Of a stretch of 64,000 bases of DNA, positions 33,297-41,751 are shown piece after piece (the first letter of the stretch is position 1; the number at the start of each line of letters is the position of its first letter). A program made the translations under genes and the position numbers. The notes beneath the pieces were generated by a model that saw only the letters and a list, made by a program, of their open reading frames with translations, did no database searches and was not told where the DNA came from. The DNA comes from Candidatus Aldehydirespirator sp. (lineage in GTDB: Bacteria > Actinomycetota > Acidimicrobiia > Acidimicrobiales > Aldehydirespiratoraceae). The DNA lies in the NCBI GenBank assembly GCA_965221185.1, contig OZ244866.1:2390901-2454900 (forward strand), written 5' to 3'.

Positions 33297-33722
33297 ATGG
33301 CTATGACCGAGACGCAACGCACGACGCTGTACAGCCAGCTGACCGACGCGATCGGCCAGGACGCAGCTAGGACCCTCATGGAGCAGCTACCCCCGAGCGG
33401 GTGGGACCAAGTCGCCACCAAGGACGACGTCAAGGCCAGCGAGCGGCTGCTCCAGCGCGAACTCAAGGCCAGCGAGAAGATGCTTCACGGGGAGCTAAAG
33501 GAGACCGAGGGGCGGCTCATGGCCCAGATGGCAGCCTCCGAGTTGAGGCAGGGAGCCCGCATCGACGAGACGAACCGGGAACTGTCCAAGCTCAAGGGCG
33601 AGGTTCAAACCGGGTTCGCCGAACTGCAGCTCACGCTGGCCAAGCACACTCGATGGATGGCGGCTGTGCTGCTCGGGTTCGCGGTCTCGATATCGGTGCC
33701 GCTGACGATCGCCCTCCTCTGA
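33297..33722 (+). CDS. Coiled-coil protein with C-terminal TM anchor (DUF1640-like), paralog 2
   Basis: TETQRTTLYSQLTDAIGQDAARTLMEQLPPSGWDQVATKDDV, then heptad-like repeats, then the TM helix WMAAVLLGFAVSISVPLTIALL. Confidence 0.6.
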   Translation: MAMTETQRTTLYSQLTDAIGQDAARTLMEQLPPSGWDQVATKDDVKASERLLQRELKASEKMLHGELKETEGRLMAQMAASELRQGARIDETNRELSKLKGEVQTGFAELQLTLAKHTRWMAAVLLGFAVSISVPLTIALL

Positions 33723-33748
33723 CACGCGGCGCAGCGTGCGGTGCAAGC

Positions 33749-33835
33749 TCACGGGAGAGGGGTCTGGGCGGTCAGGCCACCATCTATGATGAACAGGCTG
33801 CCCGACACCAACGACGCCTCGCCGTCGCAATCACG
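33749..33835 (-). pseudogene. Second copy of SDR 3' end (fragment)
   Basis: It translates to DGEASLVSGSLFIIDGGLTAQTPLP-stop. About 65 nt are roughly 85% identical by eye to 32104-32175. Confidence 0.55.
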
Positions 33836-33906
33836 ACGCACATAGTGGCACGGCACCGCGCCACGCCGCCGTAGCCGCGGCAGGCACACCGCGCCATGAT
33901 GGGGGC

Positions 33907-35043
33907 ATGGAGATCCATGGGACCTGCAAGCCGGGCTTCGAGGCCGCGCGCGACGCGTTCGAGGCCAACTTCGCCGCCGGGCTGGAGATCGGCGCGGCCG
34001 CGGCGGTGACCGTCGACGGCGAGTTCGTCGTCGACGTCTGGGCCGGCGACGCCGACACCGAAGGCACCCCCTGGCAGCGCGACACCATCGTCAACGTCTA
34101 CTCCACCACCAAGACCATGGCCGCGACCTGCATGCTGATGCTGGCCGACCGGGGCGAGCTCGACTTCGACGCCCCGGTGGCCCAGTACTGGCCCGAGTTC
34201 GCCCAGAACGGCAAGGAGGGCGTGCTGGTGCGCCATGTGATGGCCCACACCGCCGGGGTGCCCGGCTTCGACCCGCCCATCGCCGTCGAGCAGCTCTACG
34301 ACCTCGACGCCGTCGCCGCCAACCTGGCTGCCCAAGCCCCCTGGTGGGAACCGGGCACCGCCTCCGGCTACCACGCAATCACCCAGGGCAACCTCGAGGG
34401 CGAGATCCTCTATCGCATCACCGGCCGCCGCATGGCCGACTGGTTCCGCACCGAGGTGGCCGAGCCGCTCGATGCCGACTTCTGGATGAGCCTGCCCGCC
34501 ACCGAGGACCACCGGGTGGCCGAGCTGCAACCCCCGGTGTTCAGCGGCGACAGGCTCACGGTCAACGGCGTGGAGGTCGCGGCCGACTCCATCGCGGTGA
34601 GGACCCTGCTCAGCGCGCCCATGACCGCCGCCGAGCCGGCCACCCGCGAGTGGCGGGCCGCGGAGATCCCCGCCGCGGGCGGGTTCGGCAACGCCCGCTC
34701 GATCGCCCGCATCCATGCCGCGCTGGCCTGCGGAGGCGCCCTCGACGGGATCCGGCTGATGTCAGAGGCCGGAGTCCACCGGGCGCTCGAGGAACAGACC
34801 GACGGCGTCGACCACGTGCTGATGGTGCGGCTGCGCCACGGGCTCGGATTCGGGCTGCAGCTAGGCGACAGTTTCACCACCGAGCCGGGCCAGATGTTCT
34901 GGGGCGGCTGGGGCGGCTCCCTCTCCGCGGTCGACCTGAATGCCCGCGTCAGCATCGCCTACGTGATGAACCGCATGGACGCCGATCTCACGGGGGACAT
35001 CCGCGCCCGCAACATCGTCGAAGCCGCCCTGGCGCGCCTGTAG
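33907..35043 (+). CDS. Beta-lactamase-family serine hydrolase (class C / esterase type)
   Basis: SxxK motif YSTTKT near the N-terminus. The overall pattern is that of beta-lactamase-related esterases. Confidence 0.75.
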   Translation: MEIHGTCKPGFEAARDAFEANFAAGLEIGAAAAVTVDGEFVVDVWAGDADTEGTPWQRDTIVNVYSTTKTMAATCMLMLADRGELDFDAPVAQYWPEFAQNGKEGVLVRHVMAHTAGVPGFDPPIAVEQLYDLDAVAANLAAQAPWWEPGTASGYHAITQGNLEGEILYRITGRRMADWFRTEVAEPLDADFWMSLPATEDHRVAELQPPVFSGDRLTVNGVEVAADSIAVRTLLSAPMTAAEPATREWRAAEIPAAGGFGNARSIARIHAALACGGALDGIRLMSEAGVHRALEEQTDGVDHVLMVRLRHGLGFGLQLGDSFTTEPGQMFWGGWGGSLSAVDLNARVSIAYVMNRMDADLTGDIRARNIVEAALARL

Positions 35044-35056
35044 ACGCTCCCCGCCC

Positions 35057-35572
35057 TCAGGATATTTCAGCAGTTCTACACGCTATACGGGCACAATTAC
35101 TGAAATATCGCAGAGAGGGCCTAGTCCTCGCCGATGTCCTCGTTCCAGAGGTGGGGCTCGGCGCGATGAAGTCCCGCATCATGGCCACGCATGTCTCGTC
35201 GTCGAGCACGGTGACCCTCACGCCCCGCTCGGCCAGCAGGGCCTCCTCGCCCATGAACGTGCGGTTCTCGCCCTCCACCACCTCGCCGATGCCGTACAGC
35301 AGGATCGCCCCGGTGCACATGGCGCACGGCGACAGCGTGGTGTACGTCACCGAGTCGCGGTAGACGCCCGCCGGGAGCCGTCCGGCGTTCTCCAGGGCGT
35401 CGGTCTCGCCGTGGCGGATGGCCGAGCCCATCTGCACCCGCCGGTTGTGGCCCCGGCCGATTATCTCGCCGCCGTGCACGAGCACCGCCCCGATCGGGAT
35501 ACCGCCCTCGGCCCGACCCCTCAACGCCTCATCGATCGCCGCCTGCATGAACTGGTCGGTCCATCGCCCCAT
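35057..35572 (-). CDS. FCY1-type cytosine deaminase (CMP/dCMP deaminase zinc-binding fold), 3' end apparently frameshifted
   Basis: HGETDALE and TLSPCAMCTGAIL zinc motifs are present, and the sequence tracks yeast Fcy1 along its length. The expected C-terminus AEPHLWNEDIGED-stop is encoded in another frame that ends at 35121. Confidence 0.75.
   Translation of the reverse strand: MGRWTDQFMQAAIDEALRGRAEGGIPIGAVLVHGGEIIGRGHNRRVQMGSAIRHGETDALENAGRLPAGVYRDSVTYTTLSPCAMCTGAILLYGIGEVVEGENRTFMGEEALLAERGVRVTVLDDETCVAMMRDFIAPSPTSGTRTSARTRPSLRYFSNCARIACRTAEIS
35061..35109. repeat. Hairpin element A: 10-bp perfect stem, 29-nt loop with ATACGGGCACAA core
   Basis: GATATTTCAG (35061-35070) pairs with CTGAAATATC (35100-35109). 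The loop shares a 12-nt core at the same offset with the element at 43332-43382. Confidence 0.7.
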
Positions 35573-35814
35573 TCAACCCGTGATGTCCTCGCGATCGGCA
35601 ACCGGCCCGGACCGGGGCCGGCGCCTCCTGCAGATAGCTTCCCGACATCGACAACCAACTCGAAGTCCTGATCGATCGCTGGCGGCGTCAGATCGCCGAC
35701 GACGAGCTTGAGAGTCGCCTGCGAGACCAGGTCAGCGAACTCGCCGGCGCCGGGCTCGCATCCGACGAGGCCTTCCTGATCGCGGCCAAACGGGTAGGGG
35801 CGCTCGACGAGGCG

Positions 35815-37059
35815 ATGGCGGCCATGTCCGATGCCGCCACGGCCGCATCCGACACCACCGCGGCCACGCCCCCCATCGCGGAGCCCGACAGAGTCGAGCG
35901 GTCGGACGCCGCCGACGAGCGGCCCGAGGGACTGTGGCGGCGGCTTTCGCTGATGCCAGGCTCCGGCAACGTCGAGGCCAGGCGCGAGTTCGTCGCCATG
36001 GGCTCTCTGGCGTGCGCGGCCGCGGTCGCCGTCAAGGCGCCCGAGTTGTTCGGCCTCGAACTCGAGGACTTCGACCAGTTCTACGCACGCAACCTCAGCC
36101 TGCTCGTGCTGCCGTTCCTGGCCGGATACTTCGCCTGGAAGCGCAGGCTCGCCCCGAAGCGATCGGCCCTGCTGGCAGCGCCGTTCGTTGCGGCCGCGGT
36201 GATCATCAACGTCTACCCGTTCGAACCAGGCTCCGACGTACCCGACACGGAGATACTCGCGGCGCTGCACCTGCCCATCCTGCTGTGGCTGGTGGTCGGG
36301 TTCGCCCATGCAGCCGGCGACTGGCGCTCCCACGAGAAGCGGATGGACTTCGTGCGCTTCACCGGCGAGTGGTGCATCTGCTACGGGCTGATCGCGCTCG
36401 GCGGCGGCGTCTTCGCCGGGTCCGCAGCAGGGATATTCGCCGCCATCGGACTCGACGCCGGCCAGTTCATCGGGCTCTGGCTGGTGCCGTGCGGAGCGGC
36501 CGGCGCCGTGGTGGTGGCCGCGTGGCTGGCCGAGTCGAGGCAGGGCGTGCTCGAGAGGATCGCCCCCGTGCTGACGAGGCTGTTCACGCCGATGTTCGCG
36601 GCACTACTGGCCGCTTTCCTCATCGCCGTGGCCCTAACCGGCAGGGGCATAGACGTCGGCCGGGGCGTGCTGATCTTCTTCGACCTGCTACTGGCGCTGA
36701 TCCTTGGCCTAGCGATCTACTCCATAGCGGTCCGAGATCGGCAGGCCCCTCCCGGCCTGTTCGACATTCTGCAACTGGCACTCGTGGTCGCGGCCCTGCT
36801 CGTCGACCTGCTGGTGCTGGGCGCCATCGTGGGCCGCCTGTCCGACTTCGGCACCACCCCCAATCGGATTGCGGCCTTGGGCGAGAACCTGGTGCTCTTG
36901 GTCAACCTGGCCTGGTCGGCCTGGCTCTATTCCGGCTTCTGGCGGGGCCGTCGCCCGTTCTCAGCACTCGAGCGCTGGCAGACGGCCTACGCGCCGGTCT
37001 ACGCGGTGTGGGCTGCCGGGGTGGTGGTGGTCTTCCCGCTTGCGTTCGGCTTCTCCTGA
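35815..37059 (+). CDS. Polytopic membrane protein; a helical prefix domain is encoded in frame upstream of the first ATG
   Basis: There are at least 8 predicted TM segments. Positions 35638-35814 are open in the same frame and encode LEVLIDRWRRQIADDELESRLRDQVSELAGAGLASDEAFLIAAKRVGALDEAM, which looks like the prefix domain of this protein class. That stretch contains no ATG, GTG or TTG. Confidence 0.55.
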   Translation: MAAMSDAATAASDTTAATPPIAEPDRVERSDAADERPEGLWRRLSLMPGSGNVEARREFVAMGSLACAAAVAVKAPELFGLELEDFDQFYARNLSLLVLPFLAGYFAWKRRLAPKRSALLAAPFVAAAVIINVYPFEPGSDVPDTEILAALHLPILLWLVVGFAHAAGDWRSHEKRMDFVRFTGEWCICYGLIALGGGVFAGSAAGIFAAIGLDAGQFIGLWLVPCGAAGAVVVAAWLAESRQGVLERIAPVLTRLFTPMFAALLAAFLIAVALTGRGIDVGRGVLIFFDLLLALILGLAIYSIAVRDRQAPPGLFDILQLALVVAALLVDLLVLGAIVGRLSDFGTTPNRIAALGENLVLLVNLAWSAWLYSGFWRGRRPFSALERWQTAYAPVYAVWAAGVVVVFPLAFGFS

Positions 37060-37141
37060 GCGCCCGGCCGCACGGGCGCCGTTCGGCTTCTCCTGGGCGC
37101 CCGGCCACCGAGGGCTGCCAGGCCGCACGGGCGCGGACAAG

Positions 37142-37180
37142 GCTCGGCGGCCCAGTCCCCTCCAGACCGGGCCGCCGAGC
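37142..37180. terminator. Bidirectional terminator-like hairpin between convergent genes
   Basis: 12-bp perfect stem GCTCGGCGGCCC / GGGCCGCCGAGC with a 15-nt loop. Confidence 0.55.
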
Positions 37181-37238
37181 CCCGTTACGGGCCCCTCCAG
37201 GGGTGAGTCACAGGGAGTCGGAGGAGCCCTTGTCGCCG

Positions 37239-39062
37239 CTAGCGGCGGCGGATGCGCCTAGCGGTGTCGATCAGGCCAGCCAGCTCCTCGGCGTCGTCGT
37301 CGCGGCGCAGGTCGTCGGCCACCCGATCGGCCTGGTAGCTGAGCTCCTCCATGCTGCGGTCCTCCACGAAGGGGCTGTCCCGCAGGACTTCGGCGAACTC
37401 GGCGGCCACCACGGCCAGCCGGAAGTGGGCGCCGGCATCGCGGAACGAGCCTTCCACGTCGTCGGCGTTCAGGCTGGCCCACGTCTCGGTGATCCGCTCG
37501 CTGGCCGGTCGCTGGTAGCGCAGCGTGGCGGTGGCGATCGGGCCCCGGCTGCGGTCCCAACCCCGGTCCAGGGTCAGCTCGTAGAGGGCGGTCGAACTCT
37601 GGCCCGCGCCGACCTCGCCGGCATCGCGGGTGTCGTCGCGGAAGTCCTCATCCGCGATGGCCCGGTTCTCGAACCCGAGCAGCCGGTAGGAGATCACCTT
37701 GTCCCGGTCGAACTCGACCTGGATCTTGGCGTCGCGGGCCACCGAGGCCAGCAGGCTGGTGAGGTTCTCCACGAAGATGCGATGGGCCTCGTCGACGGTG
37801 TCGATGTAGTGGTAGGTGCCGTCGGCCTTGTTGGCCAGCTGCTCCATGAGCTCGTCGTTGAACGGGCCCAGGCCCACGCCGATGGTGGTCAGGCCGATGT
37901 CGCCCCGCTCGCCGATCTCCTCGAGGAGGTCGTCGGTGCGGGTGGCGCCCACATTGGCGACGCCGTCCGACAGCAGGATCACCAGCACCGCTCGGCCGTC
38001 GTCGGCCTCGCGCAGGGCCATGTCATAGCCCCGCACCAACCCGGCCTCGGCGTTGGTGCTGCCGCCGGGTTGCACCCGGCTGCGGATCTCGTCGATGATC
38101 CAGTCGGCGTTGCCCGACACCCTGGTCGGGTCGAGGATCGTGGTGGACCTGTCGTTGTAGGCGACCACGCCCACTCTGGTGCGCCCCGGCAGGCCCGAGA
38201 CCAGCAGCTCGGCCGCCTCATGGACCAGAGTCATGCGCTCCATCGGCCGGTCGGACGGCCCGGCCGTCTCGCCCATCGAGCCGGAGCGGTCAATGACCAG
38301 CACCACGCTCTCGGGGATCACCAGATCCGACAGCACCTCAGGAGCCTGCACGCCCACCCGCAGCATCAACCGGTCGGGATCGCTGAACGGGGAGGGGGCC
38401 GCCTCCATCGTGATGTTGAACTCGTCGATGAGCGGCTGGTAGCCGCCGTCGAAGTAGTTGACGAACTCCTCCACCCGCACGGCCTCGATGGGCGGCAGTT
38501 GGTCGCCCTCCAGGTAGTTGCGGGTCACGACGTAGGAGGCAGTGTCGACATCGAGGGCGAAGGTGGACAGATCATCCTCGTAGGTGTCCACGAACGGGTT
38601 GACGCCGTAGTCCTCGAAGGTGTTGGACTGGCACTCCGGGCAACGGCGACGAGCCTCCTCGGAACGCTCACGGTCCGACTGGGCCGCCTCCTCCCGGGAC
38701 ACGCCGCTGCTGGCTGCAGAGGCCGTAGTTGTCGGCGCGGCGGACTCTTCATAGGCGTAGTCGGCGGCCTCCTCGGACATCGGCTCCTCCTCGACCATCG
38801 GCTCCTCGACGGCCGCTCTGCCAGGGGTCGTGGTCACCGCATCGAAGTCCTGGCTGCCCGAACTCTCGCGTTCTCCGCTGACATCGGCCGCAGAGTCCAC
38901 GGCAGGGCCCTCGGACTCGGCTGGCGCCGGACTTGCCGTTTCGCCGTCGTCGCCGGGGCCGCTGCATGCCACCGCCAGCAGCCCCAGCACCAACACTGCG
39001 CCCAGCCACGCCCTGCGACGCTTCGGTCTCGTCTCGAGTCTCTTGAATCCCGTGGTTCCCAT
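37239..39062 (-). CDS. von Willebrand factor type A lipoprotein (YfbK-like architecture)
   Basis: Lipobox LLAVAC. N-terminal NPFVDTYEDDLSTFALDVDTASY module. MIDAS motif VLVIDRSGSM. A C-terminal extension is present. Confidence 0.75.
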   Translation of the reverse strand: MGTTGFKRLETRPKRRRAWLGAVLVLGLLAVACSGPGDDGETASPAPAESEGPAVDSAADVSGERESSGSQDFDAVTTTPGRAAVEEPMVEEEPMSEEAADYAYEESAAPTTTASAASSGVSREEAAQSDRERSEEARRRCPECQSNTFEDYGVNPFVDTYEDDLSTFALDVDTASYVVTRNYLEGDQLPPIEAVRVEEFVNYFDGGYQPLIDEFNITMEAAPSPFSDPDRLMLRVGVQAPEVLSDLVIPESVVLVIDRSGSMGETAGPSDRPMERMTLVHEAAELLVSGLPGRTRVGVVAYNDRSTTILDPTRVSGNADWIIDEIRSRVQPGGSTNAEAGLVRGYDMALREADDGRAVLVILLSDGVANVGATRTDDLLEEIGERGDIGLTTIGVGLGPFNDELMEQLANKADGTYHYIDTVDEAHRIFVENLTSLLASVARDAKIQVEFDRDKVISYRLLGFENRAIADEDFRDDTRDAGEVGAGQSSTALYELTLDRGWDRSRGPIATATLRYQRPASERITETWASLNADDVEGSFRDAGAHFRLAVVAAEFAEVLRDSPFVEDRSMEELSYQADRVADDLRRDDDAEELAGLIDTARRIRRR

Positions 39063-39220
39063 TGGTCACCCTCCTCCAGGTGGCAGGCGCCCCGTGCGCC
39101 CGATCGCTACCTACGACGACGCGAACCGGCAGCCGGTTCCCGGGCACCCGAATAAGAATCCACCGTCGCGAGATCCCGCGGCTCACCCCGCGGCGGCTAG
39201 GCGCGGACGCGAGGTATGTG

Positions 39221-39362
39221 AAGCTCGCCTCAAATCTGCACGAGTATTGCTCCTATATGACGGGTTTCTCTACATATTTCGGCAGAGCGTGGCCCGAGCG
39301 GCCCGTGAGCGTGGCGAACAAGAGCGGGAAGCACAACGCTGCGCCGCGAGGCGGCGGCACCT
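39221..39362 (+). repeat. Composite dispersed repeat (C part 39221-39288 plus R part 39289-39362)
   Basis: The first 91 nt (39221-39311: the C part plus the start of the R part) match 63379-63468 with about 10 mismatches and 1 indel. The R part (39289-39362) matches 859-932 without gaps. Confidence 0.8.
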
Positions 39363-39376
39363 ATCCGCGTGGCCCC

Positions 39377-40549
39377 TTAGGCGCGGGACGCGGCGAGGGC
39401 CTGGTCGACCAGCTCGAGGGGGTGGCACACATCCAGGCCGGCGGCCGCGAGATGCAGAGAGCAGCCCGGGTTGGCGCTGGCCACGACCGACGCTCCGGAG
39501 CGGGCCACGGCTGCGGTCTTGCGCTCACGGATCGCCTTGGACAGCTCGGCCTCCATCACCGAGTAGGCGCCGCCCGCCCCGCAGCACAGGCCGTCGTCGT
39601 CGAGGGCCACCACCCGAGCCACGAACGGGGCCAGCACCTCGGACACGGCCAGGTGGGCCCGCTGCACGTGGCGCAGATGGCACGGGTCCTGCACGGCCAC
39701 GGTCATCTCCAGCGGAGCGACCGGCCGCCGGGCTCGCAGCTCGCCGAGGTGCTCGGCCAGCCATTCGTGAACATCGAACACCCGGGCCGAGAAGGCCTTG
39801 GCCTCGTCGGTGCCCAGCAGGTGGCCGTAGTCCTTGAGCGCGGCGCCGCACCCGGCTGCGTCCACGAGGATCGGGCGGTCGTCGCCGGAGAGTCCTGCCA
39901 TCACCTGCCGGGCCATGTCCTTGGTCTCTGACTCCAGCCCGGCATGGATATGCAGCGCCCCGCAGCACGGCGCGACCGCGCCCGTGGGCTCCACGCCCGC
40001 GCCGGCCGCCTCCAGCACCCGCTGCACGGCCAGGTGAACGTCACGCTGCCAGGCGTCCATCACGCAGCCGGTGAACAGCCACACGTCGTCTCCGGAGGTG
40101 CGCAGCCGCGGGCGCCGCAGCGGCATCCGGGCGGGCAGGCCCAGGCGCTGGGTCGGCACCAGCCGCAGCCGGATGGCCAGCGCCAGCAGGGTGGAGCCGG
40201 CCAGCAGCAGCCGGCGATGGCGCAGCCCCTTCAAAGCCAAGCGCTGCCAGCGGGGGGTGATCCGGCCCGCGGCCGCCAGCGCGGTCCGGGTGCCCTCCAT
40301 CAGATGGCCGAACGGCACCGCGCTCGGGCAGGCCGTCTCGCAGCCACGGCACTGAACGCAGGTCTCCATGGAGCGCAGCACGTCGTCGGTCACCGGCGCG
40401 TCCTCGTTCTGCACGGCCCGCATGAGCGCGATGCGGCCCCTCGGCGACTCCGTGTCGCGCCCGGTGATCACAAACGTCGGGCAGTGGGGCAGGCACAGCC
40501 CGCAGGCGACGCACGCAACCAGCTCGTCGTCGTCGAGGCCGAGGTGCAT
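39377..40549 (-). CDS. glcF: (Fe-S)-binding subunit of glycolate/lactate-type oxidase
   Basis: Two ferredoxin-type clusters, CVACGLCLPHCP and CVQCRGCETACP, plus CCG motifs (CCGALH, LCCGAGG). Confidence 0.65.
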   Translation of the reverse strand: MHLGLDDDELVACVACGLCLPHCPTFVITGRDTESPRGRIALMRAVQNEDAPVTDDVLRSMETCVQCRGCETACPSAVPFGHLMEGTRTALAAAGRITPRWQRLALKGLRHRRLLLAGSTLLALAIRLRLVPTQRLGLPARMPLRRPRLRTSGDDVWLFTGCVMDAWQRDVHLAVQRVLEAAGAGVEPTGAVAPCCGALHIHAGLESETKDMARQVMAGLSGDDRPILVDAAGCGAALKDYGHLLGTDEAKAFSARVFDVHEWLAEHLGELRARRPVAPLEMTVAVQDPCHLRHVQRAHLAVSEVLAPFVARVVALDDDGLCCGAGGAYSVMEAELSKAIRERKTAAVARSGASVVASANPGCSLHLAAAGLDVCHPLELVDQALAASRA

Positions 40550-40649
40550 CAGGGTCTCCCCAGCGGAGCCGAACTCAAATTGTCGACCAAAGCGCCCTCA
40601 CAGGTCCAATAGTCGCACCAATTTCGCCGCGGGTGCGTCGGATCATGCA

Positions 40650-41600
40650 TCAGGGCTTCCGGAGCGGGTCGCGGCCGGGGTTGAGGCGGCCGTCAGGGTC
40701 GAAGCGCTCCTTGAAACGGCGGTTCAACTCCGCTACGCCGGGACCGACCGGGCGGGAAGGCCGCGGCTCGGAGGCGTGCACCACCCCCACCCCGATCTCG
40801 GCCACGAACCGGCCCGCGGCTCCGGTGCCGGCATCGAAGGCCGCGGCCTCCGCGGGAGTGCACGACCAGCGGTGCGGCGGAAGGTCGGGCGGTCCGTCCA
40901 CGTCCTCTTGCGAGCCGGCGGCGAGCGCGGCCAGCCGAGCGAGATCCTCCTCCACGTCCACGCCGTAGCCGCCCAGCCGCAACCACGCCGCGGTTCCGTC
41001 CCACAGGATCGACATAGCGGTGCGGCAGGCCTGCGCAGCCCTCAGGTCGGCACCCTCGACACGCACCCAGCGCTCCACCTCCCCCACCGGCACGGTGCGC
41101 AGCAGCACCTCGCCCACCAAGCCGATTGTGCCCAGCGAGCCAACCAGCAGCCGGCACAGGTCGAAGCCGCTCACGTTCTTGACGGTGCCCGCGCCCGCGC
41201 TTGCGATCCGGCCGTCGGCGCACACGTAGCGGGCCTGCAGCAGCGCGTCGCGCACCGGTCCCAGCCCGAGGCAGGCGATGCTGGACTCTCCCGCCATCAG
41301 CGCTCCGCCCACCGTGCCGCCCGGACGCTCGGGCAGGGCGGTGCGCTGACCCGCGCCGGCCAGAACCTCGTGGAGTCCGGCCACCAGCGTGCCGACCCGC
41401 ACCCGCACCGTCATCTCGGCCGGCTCGAAGGCGACGATGCCCGCCGGGGCCCGCACCTCGCGAGTGCCCGGCGCGGCCTCCCCGCCCAGGCGCCAGCGGG
41501 TGCCGCCGCCCCGCACGCACACCGGCCCATCCGCTCCCACCTCGGCCGCGAAGCCGGTCAGGGCCTCATCGAACACGAATCGTCCGTTGGACGCGGTCAT
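40650..41600 (-). CDS. glcE: FAD-binding oxidase subunit
   Basis: FAD-binding PCMH-type pattern (VRGGGT, GGTVGG). It lies between the glcD-like and glcF-like genes. Confidence 0.55.
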   Translation of the reverse strand: MTASNGRFVFDEALTGFAAEVGADGPVCVRGGGTRWRLGGEAAPGTREVRAPAGIVAFEPAEMTVRVRVGTLVAGLHEVLAGAGQRTALPERPGGTVGGALMAGESSIACLGLGPVRDALLQARYVCADGRIASAGAGTVKNVSGFDLCRLLVGSLGTIGLVGEVLLRTVPVGEVERWVRVEGADLRAAQACRTAMSILWDGTAAWLRLGGYGVDVEEDLARLAALAAGSQEDVDGPPDLPPHRWSCTPAEAAAFDAGTGAAGRFVAEIGVGVVHASEPRPSRPVGPGVAELNRRFKERFDPDGRLNPGRDPLRKP

Positions 41601-41751
41601 CGGGCCCGCTCCAGGCGGATTGCGCTTCCGGTCCGGCCGCGGCCCCAGTCGCCAAGCTCAGGCCTGGGACGCAACACCGAGATTCTGGGCCTCGCCACTG
41701 TGGCAGCGTGCGACCGGTGCATAGCAGCCCTCGAGACTGGACATCCAGCGC

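Noticed and set aside
12300-33850. Integrative element with integrase and att sites bounding the defence island
   Set aside because: No tyrosine or serine recombinase ORF and no tRNA target were found. Only the duplicated SDR 3' end hints at a boundary, so the region is reported as an island without a claimed mobility mechanism.
35934-39155. 1073-aa plus-strand ORF spanning the membrane protein gene and the antisense of the VWA gene
   Set aside because: Low-complexity Arg/Gly/Pro translation. The VWA frame on the minus strand has a lipobox, a MIDAS motif and conserved N-terminal module.
39221-39288. Promoter inside the dispersed repeat (TTGCTC ... TACATA)
   Set aside because: The hexamer spacing and sequence are only loosely promoter-like. 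The copies occur in different transcriptional contexts, and this cannot be supported without transcription start data.
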